Source of the DNA: Acidobacteriota bacterium
GTDB lineage: Bacteria > Acidobacteriota > UBA6911
Direction: 5' to 3'
Assembly: GCA_963664705.1 (NCBI GenBank)
Contig: OY761556.1
Span: 5,664,001 to 5,728,000, forward strand
DNA length: 64,000 bases
The notes under the pieces were generated by a model that worked only from the letters and a program-made list of their open reading frames with translations, ran no database searches and was not told where the DNA came from. This document shows, one piece after another, positions 50,666-61,565 of the stretch. Numbering within the stretch: position 1 is the first letter of the stretch; each line of letters opens with the position of its first letter. Position numbers and translations under genes: made by a program.

Positions 50666-52462
50666 CTATGTTTTTGCAGAAAATGAATTGGGAAACGACC
50701 AAAGCGCCAAAATCTCCTTTGTCAATGCAATCGTTCGATTCTGTATTTTGATTTCGTCCCAAATCCGATCACCACCATCAAACACATCAACGATATCGTC
50801 TTTTGTAACGGACAGATCCGCATAAGACTTTATTCCCTTTTTTTTGCCTTCTCCCAAGACCTTTTTTTCAAATGGGTAATTCCTAAGTGCAGAATTGAGA
50901 GAACTAGTAAGCAATGTCATATTTCCGATAGAATATATTTTTGATACGCGTATCCTTTTGGCCTGTTCTGTATCTATGATTGTCGTTCCATCGTCATTCC
51001 TAACAGGAACAATGCTCCAATGCTCTTCCCATTTCTGAGGCATGACATGCTCCAATGAGTAGCAGAATTTTAGGTCTTTAATAGGGAATTTTTTGTCGTT
51101 ATCCCTCCGATATAACTCAATCCAGAATAAAATAAGCGCAGCATATTTATTCGCAATATTCTGGAGACCGCCTATCACTGCATTGTCATCGACTTCAGAT
51201 AGTTTTGTGTCAAGCAATGTTTCGTCTACGATTAACTCTTTACAGAACTTGTTATAACTTTTAGTTTCGCTTTTAGCGATCATTCTTCTCATAATAAACT
51301 TTTCTAACTTTTTCAATGTCTCATTCAAGAGGGGTCCATCCGCCTTGTGCTTTTTTAGCGCACAAAGAATGAAGGGGTGAAAAGTAGTAATCTCTAGAAC
51401 ATATAAAATGTGAAGCAGCCTCTGTAGGTCATCGCTAAAGGAGAAGAGAGTAGTTCGGTTAAATGACGAGATTTTATTCCTGTATAATTGTGCATATTCT
51501 TTTATGTCAGAGATAAATGACTGCAACTCGTATTTTGTTTTCTTTGCAATCTCAGCTTTATATAAGGAGGAGAGGCCAGATAACGTGTCCTTATCAGGAT
51601 CAAAAAAACCCTTTATTACGGCAATGCTATGCAGAAGAATTTCGATGTTATCGCGCATCAGACGGCCAGTCGATCTTTGAGAATCCCAGAATGCGGTTGC
51701 ATCGTCATCTGACGCAAACACTGCTTCCCAATCGTTTTGGTACATCATATGGACATCATCTTGGCTTTCGAATACATCGAGGGCTCGTTGAAATAGCGAA
51801 TTTTTGATAATATCTGCCGCACTTAACCGTACCCCGGCGCTGTTGATGGTATCAAAAATGGCTTGTTCATCCTCCTTTTCTCCGAGGTCGATAATTACAA
51901 GTATTTTGTTTTCTGTGTCGAAAATCCGATTGAAAAGACTTTCCAACTCAGCTTGAGGGTGTTTCTGCAACTCTTCATAAAAGTATTTATAGCATTGGAG
52001 AATTTTGCTGCTGCTATCGGTTATAACGGACAATTCCTGTGGATCGATGCCGGGATCAATAACCTGATGATAGTATTGCGAATCTAACTTGGAATGTTGA
52101 ATTTTGACATGAAACTTTTTATCAGTTTGCTGCTGTTTATAGAATAAATAGGTTTTGATGGAATTTTCACAGTTGTTTTTGGTGTCTTCTGGGAATAGGT
52201 CATAAAGTGCTTTAATCAGCACGCTTAGCGTTGTCAGTCGTTGTTGCCCGTCAATGACAACAACCTCTTTTGGCTTACCAGTCTGCTTTTCTTGTTGTTT
52301 TAGGATGAGAGAGCCGAGGAAATGGTTTTTTCTGTCATCGAGAAGGTCGATAAGCAGATCTTCCCAATTGTTTTTTTTCCATACGTAGCCCCTTTGGAAG
52401 AATGGAATTTTGACAACTCCCTCATTTCCTAGAAATGTGAATGACATCGCTTCTGCTTTCAT
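50666..52462 (-). CDS. DUF262-DUF1524 GmrSD-type nuclease
   Basis: IPFFQRGYVW, IDGQQRLTT, IFDTINSAG, SLEHVMPQ, GNMTLL..NS. Confidence 0.92.
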   Translation of the reverse strand: MKAEAMSFTFLGNEGVVKIPFFQRGYVWKKNNWEDLLIDLLDDRKNHFLGSLILKQQEKQTGKPKEVVVIDGQQRLTTLSVLIKALYDLFPEDTKNNCENSIKTYLFYKQQQTDKKFHVKIQHSKLDSQYYHQVIDPGIDPQELSVITDSSSKILQCYKYFYEELQKHPQAELESLFNRIFDTENKILVIIDLGEKEDEQAIFDTINSAGVRLSAADIIKNSLFQRALDVFESQDDVHMMYQNDWEAVFASDDDATAFWDSQRSTGRLMRDNIEILLHSIAVIKGFFDPDKDTLSGLSSLYKAEIAKKTKYELQSFISDIKEYAQLYRNKISSFNRTTLFSFSDDLQRLLHILYVLEITTFHPFILCALKKHKADGPLLNETLKKLEKFIMRRMIAKSETKSYNKFCKELIVDETLLDTKLSEVDDNAVIGGLQNIANKYAALILFWIELYRRDNDKKFPIKDLKFCYSLEHVMPQKWEEHWSIVPVRNDDGTTIIDTEQAKRIRVSKIYSIGNMTLLTSSLNSALRNYPFEKKVLGEGKKKGIKSYADLSVTKDDIVDVFDGGDRIWDEIKIQNRTIALTKEILALWSFPNSFSAKT

Positions 52463-52923
52463 GATTAGGCCCTCTGCTGTTTGCTATTTTACTTATATGA
52501 AGTAACTGCGCTTATCGTCCAAAAGGAGGTCTGGAGTATAACAATTTTTGCCGAATCCAACTACAGGTTGAATGGATTCAAGTACTTTGCATTATACTTC
52601 CGCAAAGTGGTTAACCGACCACTTGTCAGTGCAGGTCGTGATAGGTTGACATAAAATTGCTTCCTTCGCCGAGCCATGTCTTGCCTTTCACTTATAACCG
52701 ACAATTACGCGGTCGCTCAATGTGGTTAGCGGCAAGAACATACCTCCGGGCAAAACGATCTCCCTTGTAAGATCCTGTACGCAATCCCAGAAGGTCTGCT
52801 CAATTGTGATCGGATGAAGGGCAAAGAATAATGATTGTCTCCTTGGAGGTATTTTTGTACTTCAGTGAGTGCCATCGACTTTGCCTCCGTATGCCCAGTA
52901 CAATGAAATCTTCCGACATATGC

Positions 52924-53580
52924 CTACACAAAAGCAGCGATGAAATCCTTAAAACTTGATATGTGTTCGCTTGATTGAACCCGTTTCTGGATCTCGTTAA
53001 AGAATTTATGGTGTGTCACAAACCGAGGAGATCCTTTTGAATAACCGATGTTGCAATTGCGTTCATTGATTGCAGCTTTAAGATATTTATATGCGAACTG
53101 TGCACGGTTCCAATCATATTGGGGCAATTCTGGTAGAAGTGCAGGATCAAGAGTTATAACATCGTGAATATTAATGTACTCCCTTAAGCGGATATCGTGA
53201 GCATGTCTGCGAACTAATTTTCTATTGCCCAATGCCCATGTTTCGAAACAAAAATGCTGAATAATTGTGTGAATTGGAACCTTGCACGGATGAGAATCGA
53301 GAAACGCTTTTATCTCACTTGCCTTTTCAGCGTAGCTCATATCCTCAGAATCAACGGCCACCACAAGCCGATCAAAAATCTGCAAGTCATTTATGTCACT
53401 AATAGCATCCCTAATAACATCAAAGTAGTAGGGATATCCCATCCCCGATATCAGATAATAATTATTACTGACAACATCAGAAATAATTTGCACTTGTGAC
53501 AAGCTGCTATTTACGATTGAAATCCACGCAGGATAAACGATACGTTCGGCTTTGCCTTCAACTACTAAGTATATATTCAT
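52924..53580 (-). CDS. TOPRIM-fold (DUF4276/RloB/DUF4435-like) protein
   Basis: YLVVEG..E, VAVDSED, CFETWALG; 4-bp overlap with the ATPase. Confidence 0.7.
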   Translation of the reverse strand: MNIYLVVEGKAERIVYPAWISIVNSSLSQVQIISDVVSNNYYLISGMGYPYYFDVIRDAISDINDLQIFDRLVVAVDSEDMSYAEKASEIKAFLDSHPCKVPIHTIIQHFCFETWALGNRKLVRRHAHDIRLREYINIHDVITLDPALLPELPQYDWNRAQFAYKYLKAAINERNCNIGYSKGSPRFVTHHKFFNEIQKRVQSSEHISSFKDFIAAFV

Positions 53581-54704
53581 TCAACGCCTTCACGATAAAT
53601 CGGATCATTGATCAGTTTCGTAAAGGCTTGTTGCTTGGATTTGCCATAGCGGTCGATAAGCTGTTCTCCATAATCGATCTGCACTTCGGAGCCTCGTCGG
53701 TGAAATACATACCAATTCTGAAGGGGGAATTTATTTATGATGTATGGATGATGGCTTGTGATGAAAAACTGCATATCTTTTTCGGTTTCAAGTAAATACT
53801 CTGGCAGAAACTCTATCGCATTGATTCCAAGAGAATTTTCATACTCATCAATTAGGTAAATAGTTCCATTCGTCAGTAGCTCAATATCCGTGAGAATCAA
53901 TAAGACCTTTATCATCCCAGAGGACAAACTTTGAACCTTAATCCACTCGGCAACATGTTTTTCCCGAATACAAAAGACTGGTATTAATCCAGGAAGTCCC
54001 ACTCTCGGTTCAAGATCGGAAAACTGCTTCAAGGCTATATTTGTAATGAAGGGAAATATCTTCTGAAAAGTATCGCAGATTTTCTCGAATTTATCGGGAA
54101 AATGTTTTGAAAGCAGATATAGGGCTGCACTCAGAGATATATCACTGTTAAGTATAATTTGAGTGTCCTTTGTATTTGTAAGGTCCTCTTCAAGAGCATT
54201 TGGAAAGCCGCTAAGCTCAACAGCGTGTTCTAATGCATTTTTATCGAATAGACGTCTTAGGATTTTACAAAATCCATCAAAGATCGGGCGTACACGCTCT
54301 TCATTCCTAAGCAGAGAAATACTTGTTTGAGAAATCGGCAGTTTTGGAGTTTGCTTCTCATTGAATATGAACGCTTCTGGGGTGCGATCAACAATTATTT
54401 GTTCGACTCCATCTTTAATTATCGACACCTGTTCCCGCTGAATATGAGGGGTTGCATTCTTTGAGTCTGCCTCTAATATCCAACGATACTCTGATTCTTC
54501 ATGACTAAAGCTGACATCCCATGATCCGCTTACAACGTTTTCCGCTCGTGCTACGATCCTGCCGAGATTGAATATTGTGTAAAGCAGACTGCTTTTGCCT
54601 GAACTCGAACCGCCAACCAAAAGATTGATGTTCTTGAACTCTACCGGACTATAGTTCCATCCGGTTTTTTCAAGATCTCGGAACTGATACTTTGATATTT
54701 TCAT
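53577..54704 (-). CDS. ABC-type (AAA_15/AAA_21) ATPase
   Basis: GGSSSGKS, LSSG signature, LIDEYENSL, ITSHHP. Confidence 0.88.
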   Translation of the reverse strand: MKISKYQFRDLEKTGWNYSPVEFKNINLLVGGSSSGKSSLLYTIFNLGRIVARAENVVSGSWDVSFSHEESEYRWILEADSKNATPHIQREQVSIIKDGVEQIIVDRTPEAFIFNEKQTPKLPISQTSISLLRNEERVRPIFDGFCKILRRLFDKNALEHAVELSGFPNALEEDLTNTKDTQIILNSDISLSAALYLLSKHFPDKFEKICDTFQKIFPFITNIALKQFSDLEPRVGLPGLIPVFCIREKHVAEWIKVQSLSSGMIKVLLILTDIELLTNGTIYLIDEYENSLGINAIEFLPEYLLETEKDMQFFITSHHPYIINKFPLQNWYVFHRRGSEVQIDYGEQLIDRYGKSKQQAFTKLINDPIYREGVE

Positions 54705-54827
54705 AGCGGAATGCCTCTTGGTCGGCTGTTTTGATTGAAAGGTTCTATTTTAACACCTTCTAATTAGTCAAAATAAAAATCCTTGGTTTTTTTTGGGTTT
54801 TTCCCATTCGACCAATCTTATGAGTTT

Positions 54828-55541
54828 TCATTGGCTTGGTAATTGTAATGGTAAGGGGCGCGGACAGCGTTCACACGGCCCAATGAAGCGCTTGCTAACC
54901 CGATTAATCAAGACAAGAAAATATGGAGCAATGGGCCATCCGGTGTGCATAGCGGCTGAACTGGGTTGCGCCCGAATCCCGTCGGGCTGAGATTTGTGGA
55001 TTCGGTTTGCATTGAGTAGGACCGCAATCGCCTGTGGAAAGACTTCCAGGCATTCCCAGTATTGCCGCAAAACGCGGAAGAGGGCGAAACCCACAAGCAT
55101 CCACAGCTGGTTGGCTCCAGGAAGGCGTGACTCTGGTCCGCCTTGTTCCAAGTGTTTGCGGGCGCGGTTGCGTATAATGTCAAATCGGGTTGAGTCGGGC
55201 GTAGTGATACATCCTATGTGACGCCTGTCCAGTTCGAATTCTGCTTTCCGTCTTGGTGTTCCGGGCGCGCAGGGGGAACTTGGAGCATCGATTGCTATAC
55301 GGCGGATCAGTACGGCATATTCGGATTCAACGTCCCGAATGTAAGCTACCGAGGCGGCAGCAAACGCTTCAACGAGGCTGGTATTGAGAATCCCCGCATT
55401 GCCGGAACCTTGAGGTGGCTTTGCTTTTGCTGTTCGAAGTGGCGGCGGCACAAGCCGCGAGCCCTCTCGGCAAGAAACCACCACGGGAAGCCGTTTTTTC
55501 TTATCGAAAGCGAGATCGATTCCAGCGTATGCTTCGGTCAT
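54828..55541 (-). pseudogene. DUF429-like RNase H-fold protein, apparently C-terminally truncated
   Basis: AGIDLA, IAIDAP, RKAE, EVFP present; the expected C-terminal acidic (DA) helix is absent after HTGWP. Confidence 0.6.
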
Positions 55542-55888
55542 ATGTACTCCTCGATCCAATCTGGGAGTCCCCAACGTACCATATGCGCAAAATCCAAGTT
55601 AAAAGCTCAGTTCAAATAACCACTTACAGCTCGGAGGACGAGCAGCATTTCTTTAGAACACGCGCAATCGAATCAGATTTAGGGCTCTTGACGAAAGCAC
55701 CAGGAGACCATGACTTGGTATCAAAACACCCCCGCTGAGTCGGCCGAACTATGTCGAATCAGAATAGTAGACCGGCCGCCAAACTGCCTTATTAAACGTC
55801 TGTCAGCCTGGGCCGAAAATATTGCGGAATAGCTCGGCCATGAGTAACCACCGATCTTGCCTGATTGTAAGGATCGATGCAACTCGGT

Positions 55889-58800
55889 TCAACCGCGCCC
55901 TTGCAAATGTAGCCCTTTCAGGAATGACAATAATTGGCTGGTTTGAAGTTTCGGATTGCGGAACCAGTCAGTAGACCAGATCCTATAGAGCTTCCATCCA
56001 TATTTCTCAAGAATCTCCTGTCGTAATCTATCTCTTTCCCGGACAGAGCGAGCGCTGTGATAAGTCGCACCATCGCACTCAACTCCGCAGAGAAAAACAC
56101 CGGGTTTCGATGGATGTCTTACTCCGATATCTATTCGATAGCCACAAACACCGACCTGTGGAACGCCTTGGTATCCATGAGTGCGCAAAACTTCCAGAAC
56201 CCACTGTTCAAACTCGCTCTCACACTCCTCCCCATCCCCATTCTGGCCAGTAGGAAGAGATACTAGGCCATCACGGGCGAATTTAAGATATCCCTTCAAC
56301 GCTTTTACTCCCCAGTGCTTGCCCTCTTCCTGAATGTCCTCTGGGCACATAGATGTGAACACCGCGACTCGCTTCTTTGCACGAGTAAATAATACATTTA
56401 GACGACGATGGCCATAGATGCCGTTAATCGGCCCAAAGCGCTGGTAGAAGCTCCCGTTCTTATCCTTGCCATACACAGTGGAGATAAAAATCACGTCTCG
56501 CTCATCTCCCTGAACGTTCTCAAGATTCTTGACGAAAAGCGATTCCAATGTGGGATCCCAACTCTGCACGTATGCGGCAGCCTGCGTGTCCGTTGCCACT
56601 GCTCGATCCAATTGTTCACGTATAAACTCAGTCTGTTTGGCGTTTATAGCTACGATGCCGAGCGATTGCTTGGGACACTTTTTCATGAAATCGATGGCTG
56701 CCTCGACCACAGCATTGCCTTCGTTTTCATTAAGTCCGGCCTCATAAACACCGCCAGTCTGTACCAGCGAGACGCCGAACTCTGGGTGGTCGTAATATGG
56801 TGACGGAAATACAGTCAACTGGTTATCGTAAAACTCTGCATTTGAGAAACTGATTAAGGAGCCGTGCTCTGAACGGTAGTGCCACTTTAAGCGCCTGGAT
56901 GGGTGGAAGCGGCCCGCAGCTGCCTCAAGAACAGAGTCCTGCTTCGTTTCTTCGTCGAATTCATCGTCATCGGTTGCACTACCCGCCGACAGTTTCTGGA
57001 AAAATGGAGTGGGCGGTAGCTGCATCTGGTCTCCCACAACCACGGCCTTCTTTCCCCGAGCAATCCCTCCAAGTGCTTCTTCCGGCCGAATCTGAGATGC
57101 TTCGTCCATGATGACCAGGTCAAATTGAAGATTACCCGGATCCAAGTATTGAGCCACGGACATCGGACTCATCATCCAGCAGGGCTTAAGCGCCTGCATC
57201 GCTTTGCCGGCTCGGGAGATAAGGTCCCGGACCGTAATTCGGGGTCTAGTTTGACCGGCAACGCGGGCTACCAGGGCATATTCGGTCAATTCGGCTACCG
57301 GTCCGAATGAATTGCCCGAAGGACAGGGACGATGGGTCAAACTAGTGGCCAACTGTTTACGGCGAAGTTCGATATATTCGCGATCGAGCGACTGGAATTG
57401 TTTACGCAATTGTTGGTGAGTTGCACCGGAATGGGTTCGCAGCCGAGGATCAGCTTTTAGCAGCATTTCCGCGGCCGAACGGTAAAATACGAACTCTACT
57501 GCTCGAGACAATTGATAATAGTCAAGATTGTTACCTGAATACGCAGACAGGACAGGGCCAAGACCCTGATTCGAAGCTGCATTCTCTGCAAGAAGAAAAT
57601 TCAGGTAATCCCGCAACGCAGAAAAGTTATCCAATGCTCTCTGGTTTCGCTTACTTATTTCTTGTACTGGCACCCGTTCCAGATCAGCAGCCCCGCACCA
57701 TAGCACTGGATCGAAGTGTGCCAATGCCTTTGCCTTTTCTTGACAGCCATTCAGAGCCGAGCAGGCGCCCTTCAAATTGATTACCATCGACTGGAGTTCA
57801 GCAATGTGCGACGGATCAGCAAAGAAGTATTCGATAACGTAGGTAGGTAGGTTCCATGATGATACCGCGTCTGCAAAGCTCAAGGTCGCATCCAAGGGCT
57901 CATAGTCTGCCCGCAAACTATTCGGAGTGCCCCCAACGAGTTCAAGACCATCCTTATTTAACGCTATCTCGGCACTTATTTGTTCTATGGATTCGAGTTC
58001 ATTTGCAATTGACTTTATGCCGCTCTGGCTGCAGCTGTTCTCCAGCCCCGCTTTTTCCAAAACGTCGGCTACCGCACTCAGTTTATCGGCACGGATACGT
58101 TGTTTTTGAACCAGATCGCTCCAGGAGGCGTAGTCATCATCGATTATCGCCTCAAGGAGGCCCGTTAGCGAACTGAATGAGGATTGTCTACCTATAGCTG
58201 CCAATTTTTCGAGTTGATCTGGTTCCGCATTGAAGAGGAAATCCCGAAGCCGAATGCCGGGCGTACTGAAGATTGCCATTGCCTTCCGAACCTCATCGGC
58301 CCACTCTGCTACATTCAGCAGTTCATCAAATTGAGTTTCCAGACCAGCAAACTGGACGCCGCAAGTCATCTTCAACTCTGAGTTTTGGATGAAAGCCTCA
58401 GAATCGGTTAGATATTGGGCACACCGAAGGAGTCCAGCGGCCATCTCGGGTCGCCCCATTTTCCCTTTATTTTGAGCGATGCTGCGATACATGCGTTTTG
58501 CATCCCGGCATGCCGAACTGAAGAGCATACTGAAGCTATTGCTGGTCTTCAGCGAAATGGCACTTCGGCGGAGCTCGCCAACTGGTGGTAGCAGCTGTAA
58601 ATCAAATACAGATTGAACTTCCGTGCGCCGTCGCCGAAGTGCATCACACTGCTCCACCGCTTTCTCCAGAATCCTTCGGTTCCCTTGGTCGAGAACTGAA
58701 TTGGACCGGTTTGCCCACCGCAGTCGGGGCAATTTGCCGAGCAGTTCAATTGCGCTAATAGCAGCCCTCATTGAGCCGATGGTTGAGTCGGGGAGAGCGG

Positions 58801-61060
58801 CTGCTCTCTGTAATTCAGAACAAAACGAATCAAGGCCGGCCATCTGAGTGGCTAGTTGCAGTTGCTGCCCCTTTAGCTCCATTATGGACGAAACAGTAAA
58901 CTGGTCGACACCGAGGTCGGCCAATACCCTTAGGGCATCCCGGCACGCATGACTTCCGACGGCACGCGCTTTAGCCAGTTTTTGGGCGGACATGCCGACC
59001 TTCGCCTCGTGCTCGAGGAGTGCTTCATGCTCTTTTAGCATTTGACGCAGGAGGTTTCGTTTCTTTGTATGAGCGCATTCTTTATAAGTCTCGAGATTCA
59101 AATTCAGTGGTGGGAGCTTGCTTGCACCCATTCTAGAACAGAATTCCTCGAGCCCGACTCTTGTGTCGGGCATAATAGTTTCGGTAACTTCCGATATTTT
59201 TGTCGCAGTATCCAGCAGGTACCTTATTGAATCATTCCATTCTGAAAGCACTGCCATTAGCCGCGACTCATCCAATTCTGTGATCTCAATATTCTGGATG
59301 CCTCGCCATGGATGATTTGCCAGTTTTCCGAAAACAGCCAACGGCTCCATTTGATTTTCGAGCGTTGCGGCGGCATCAATCATCTGACGGTATGTATGAG
59401 GTGAAATCTTAAGAGAGTCGGTAAGCCGGGCATCAGCAATTGTAGGCGGCAAGTCAGCTCGGAGGCTTTCTCGAATAGCGCTGCCCAATAAAACATCATA
59501 GATTTTCAGTCCTGTCTCCCCGGCCGCATCATTTACCCGCTGGACGTAATAGAGAAGCTCTTCTTTGGCAGCATTCAATGCTTTGGCATTGCTTTGAATC
59601 AGACTTAGCCCTAATGCTGGAGGCTGGTAGGTGAGACGGTGGGCCAGTGATTGAGTAACCGCTGTTTTTGATATTTTGCTCGAATGCAGTTCAAGGCAGA
59701 AGGCTTCAAGCCCTGCGGAGTCAAGCCGCTTCTTCACGACTTCCAGTGCGGCCATCTTCTCCGCGACAAATAGGACTGATAACCCTTCATTCAGAGCCGC
59801 GGAGACGATGTTAGTAATGGTCTGTGATTTGCCTGTTCCTGGCGGTCCTTGGATCACCTGTGAAGACTTACCCCGGAGCACATCCACGACCGCACTGTGC
59901 TGGGAGGAATCTGCATCTGTAATTAGCAGGGGCTCAGGGCCATCAAGAGAATCGATTTCATAATCTTCCGCGTATTGGATATTGCTGCTCTCGGCCCCGG
60001 CAATCAGGGTTCGTAACACGGGCTGTTGCTCAAGAGCTGCTTCTGCAGGCCAGCGCTGCGGATCGAGATCCTTATACATTGCCAGGGTTGAAAAAGTGAA
60101 CAAGCCGATCGTGACATAACGCCTCAATTTCCAGTCGCGCTTGCCCGAAATAGCTCTTTCGATCAGGCCAAGGTAAGTTCCAAGTGGATTCTCATTGTCT
60201 TCATTCTCTATCCACGCCGGAATATCAACGGACATTGCCTTCAACAGCTCTGCCACGGCGACATTAACCGTAACATCCTCATTGCGTGTTTTGATGAAAT
60301 ACTGGTATTGCTGTTCAACAAGCACTCGGTCCAACGACACGGGGATAAATACGAGTGGGGCAAGGCGCTTTCCTTCCGCCTGCTCAGATTCGTAATACTC
60401 CAAGAAACCGAATGCGCAGTAGAGGGCGTTAAACCCGGCATCCTTTTCCAACACACGGGCGGCATCGCGCAAACCGCTGAGCTTGCGTTCGAGATCATCT
60501 GAAAAAAACATAGTCTGGATCTTCGAATCCGTATGTCGCCGGGCGGTCTGACCGTTCATTTTGGGGAGTTCATAATCGGGATTGAGTCCAAGTTCCCGCG
60601 CCCGTTTGGTAGGATCCCAAGTTGGCTGGAATGTGTCCCAGCCAAACTTTGCGCGCACTCGGTTGCGGAGTTCCCGTTCAATTTTTTGTTTTTGCCTTGC
60701 CGAAGCATTGGGCCCCAGTTCTGACAAGGATTCCTTGTATTTTGAATCCTCTCCTTTTGCTCGCCGGAGGTCGTTCACAAAAAAGGGGGCACTTTCGTCT
60801 TGGGGTGTCAGCTCGGGATCTGGAAGCGGCTCGAAGGACAATTGCTTCCCTATAACAAGTTTATTGAACAGAAATTCGGGAATCTCATCAATCACCCGGA
60901 TATGGTTGCGGGACCTCTCCGAATGTTTAAAGCTTATCAAGGGATTACGGCTAGTAAGATCCAGCAGTTTGGTCCGGTATTGCTGGATTACCTGCCGTAC
61001 AAAAGCGTCCGTTGCCGTTTGTTTTGTGACTGTCGCCTGTGCCATTTCACGTCGAGCCAA
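55889..61060 (-). CDS. DUF4011-SF1 helicase-Vsr-like nuclease (Hhe-type defence protein)
   Basis: KLLDLTSRNPLI, DADSSQ, QGPPGTGKSQT, MDEASQ, VGDQMQLPP, WHYRS, ENVQGDERD, RLNVLFTRA, ESEFE..RIDIG..ECDG..H..WSTDW. Confidence 0.9.
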   Translation of the reverse strand: MARREMAQATVTKQTATDAFVRQVIQQYRTKLLDLTSRNPLISFKHSERSRNHIRVIDEIPEFLFNKLVIGKQLSFEPLPDPELTPQDESAPFFVNDLRRAKGEDSKYKESLSELGPNASARQKQKIERELRNRVRAKFGWDTFQPTWDPTKRARELGLNPDYELPKMNGQTARRHTDSKIQTMFFSDDLERKLSGLRDAARVLEKDAGFNALYCAFGFLEYYESEQAEGKRLAPLVFIPVSLDRVLVEQQYQYFIKTRNEDVTVNVAVAELLKAMSVDIPAWIENEDNENPLGTYLGLIERAISGKRDWKLRRYVTIGLFTFSTLAMYKDLDPQRWPAEAALEQQPVLRTLIAGAESSNIQYAEDYEIDSLDGPEPLLITDADSSQHSAVVDVLRGKSSQVIQGPPGTGKSQTITNIVSAALNEGLSVLFVAEKMAALEVVKKRLDSAGLEAFCLELHSSKISKTAVTQSLAHRLTYQPPALGLSLIQSNAKALNAAKEELLYYVQRVNDAAGETGLKIYDVLLGSAIRESLRADLPPTIADARLTDSLKISPHTYRQMIDAAATLENQMEPLAVFGKLANHPWRGIQNIEITELDESRLMAVLSEWNDSIRYLLDTATKISEVTETIMPDTRVGLEEFCSRMGASKLPPLNLNLETYKECAHTKKRNLLRQMLKEHEALLEHEAKVGMSAQKLAKARAVGSHACRDALRVLADLGVDQFTVSSIMELKGQQLQLATQMAGLDSFCSELQRAAALPDSTIGSMRAAISAIELLGKLPRLRWANRSNSVLDQGNRRILEKAVEQCDALRRRRTEVQSVFDLQLLPPVGELRRSAISLKTSNSFSMLFSSACRDAKRMYRSIAQNKGKMGRPEMAAGLLRCAQYLTDSEAFIQNSELKMTCGVQFAGLETQFDELLNVAEWADEVRKAMAIFSTPGIRLRDFLFNAEPDQLEKLAAIGRQSSFSSLTGLLEAIIDDDYASWSDLVQKQRIRADKLSAVADVLEKAGLENSCSQSGIKSIANELESIEQISAEIALNKDGLELVGGTPNSLRADYEPLDATLSFADAVSSWNLPTYVIEYFFADPSHIAELQSMVINLKGACSALNGCQEKAKALAHFDPVLWCGAADLERVPVQEISKRNQRALDNFSALRDYLNFLLAENAASNQGLGPVLSAYSGNNLDYYQLSRAVEFVFYRSAAEMLLKADPRLRTHSGATHQQLRKQFQSLDREYIELRRKQLATSLTHRPCPSGNSFGPVAELTEYALVARVAGQTRPRITVRDLISRAGKAMQALKPCWMMSPMSVAQYLDPGNLQFDLVIMDEASQIRPEEALGGIARGKKAVVVGDQMQLPPTPFFQKLSAGSATDDDEFDEETKQDSVLEAAAGRFHPSRRLKWHYRSEHGSLISFSNAEFYDNQLTVFPSPYYDHPEFGVSLVQTGGVYEAGLNENEGNAVVEAAIDFMKKCPKQSLGIVAINAKQTEFIREQLDRAVATDTQAAAYVQSWDPTLESLFVKNLENVQGDERDVIFISTVYGKDKNGSFYQRFGPINGIYGHRRLNVLFTRAKKRVAVFTSMCPEDIQEEGKHWGVKALKGYLKFARDGLVSLPTGQNGDGEECESEFEQWVLEVLRTHGYQGVPQVGVCGYRIDIGVRHPSKPGVFLCGVECDGATYHSARSVRERDRLRQEILEKYGWKLYRIWSTDWFRNPKLQTSQLLSFLKGLHLQGRG

Positions 61061-61379
61061 TAGGAGATTGATAATACCAATTCATAAATGCAACGTAGTT
61101 ACTGGGATTACGTTATTCTAATCGGTTATAAGATAATAAACCTGAAACTTTTGGTTGAATTTCACAGGGTTTCCCAATGCTAAAGCCCTCTTATCCCCCA
61201 GAGCGCCTAGAATAGCCCTGCCGCGAAGTAGCAATAATTTCAATCCGTAGAGGCTCCACTACCCTTGGGGCGGAGGTTTGGTCGTACCCCCCAGGCGCCA
61301 GAATTGAAAACCTGGAGAGCTTATAACTGTTATATGGCAGCCGCGGAGAACCTGTTTGGATGACTTAGTGCTGCTCGCT

Positions 61380-61565
61380 TCAATTCATCAGCCAATTCCA
61401 AACACCGTTGTTGGGCGTCAGGGAAAGCCTGATCTGGTACCTAGGCCTATATTGTTGCGGATGATCCACAAATTGGAATGCCATCATTACAATGCCTTCG
61501 GCAACCGATTCTGTATTCCATTCGGTTACGGGCTGCAAAAACGAAAGATCATTCGTATCTGTCAT
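61380..61565 (-). CDS. Small hypothetical protein
   Basis: TAAGGAG RBS before MTDTNDL. Confidence 0.45.
   Translation of the reverse strand: MTDTNDLSFLQPVTEWNTESVAEGIVMMAFQFVDHPQQYRPRYQIRLSLTPNNGVWNWLMN

Noticed and set aside
52500-52900. Possible third gene (such as HNH) after the ATPase/TOPRIM pair
   Set aside because: Only short frames with no recognisable motif
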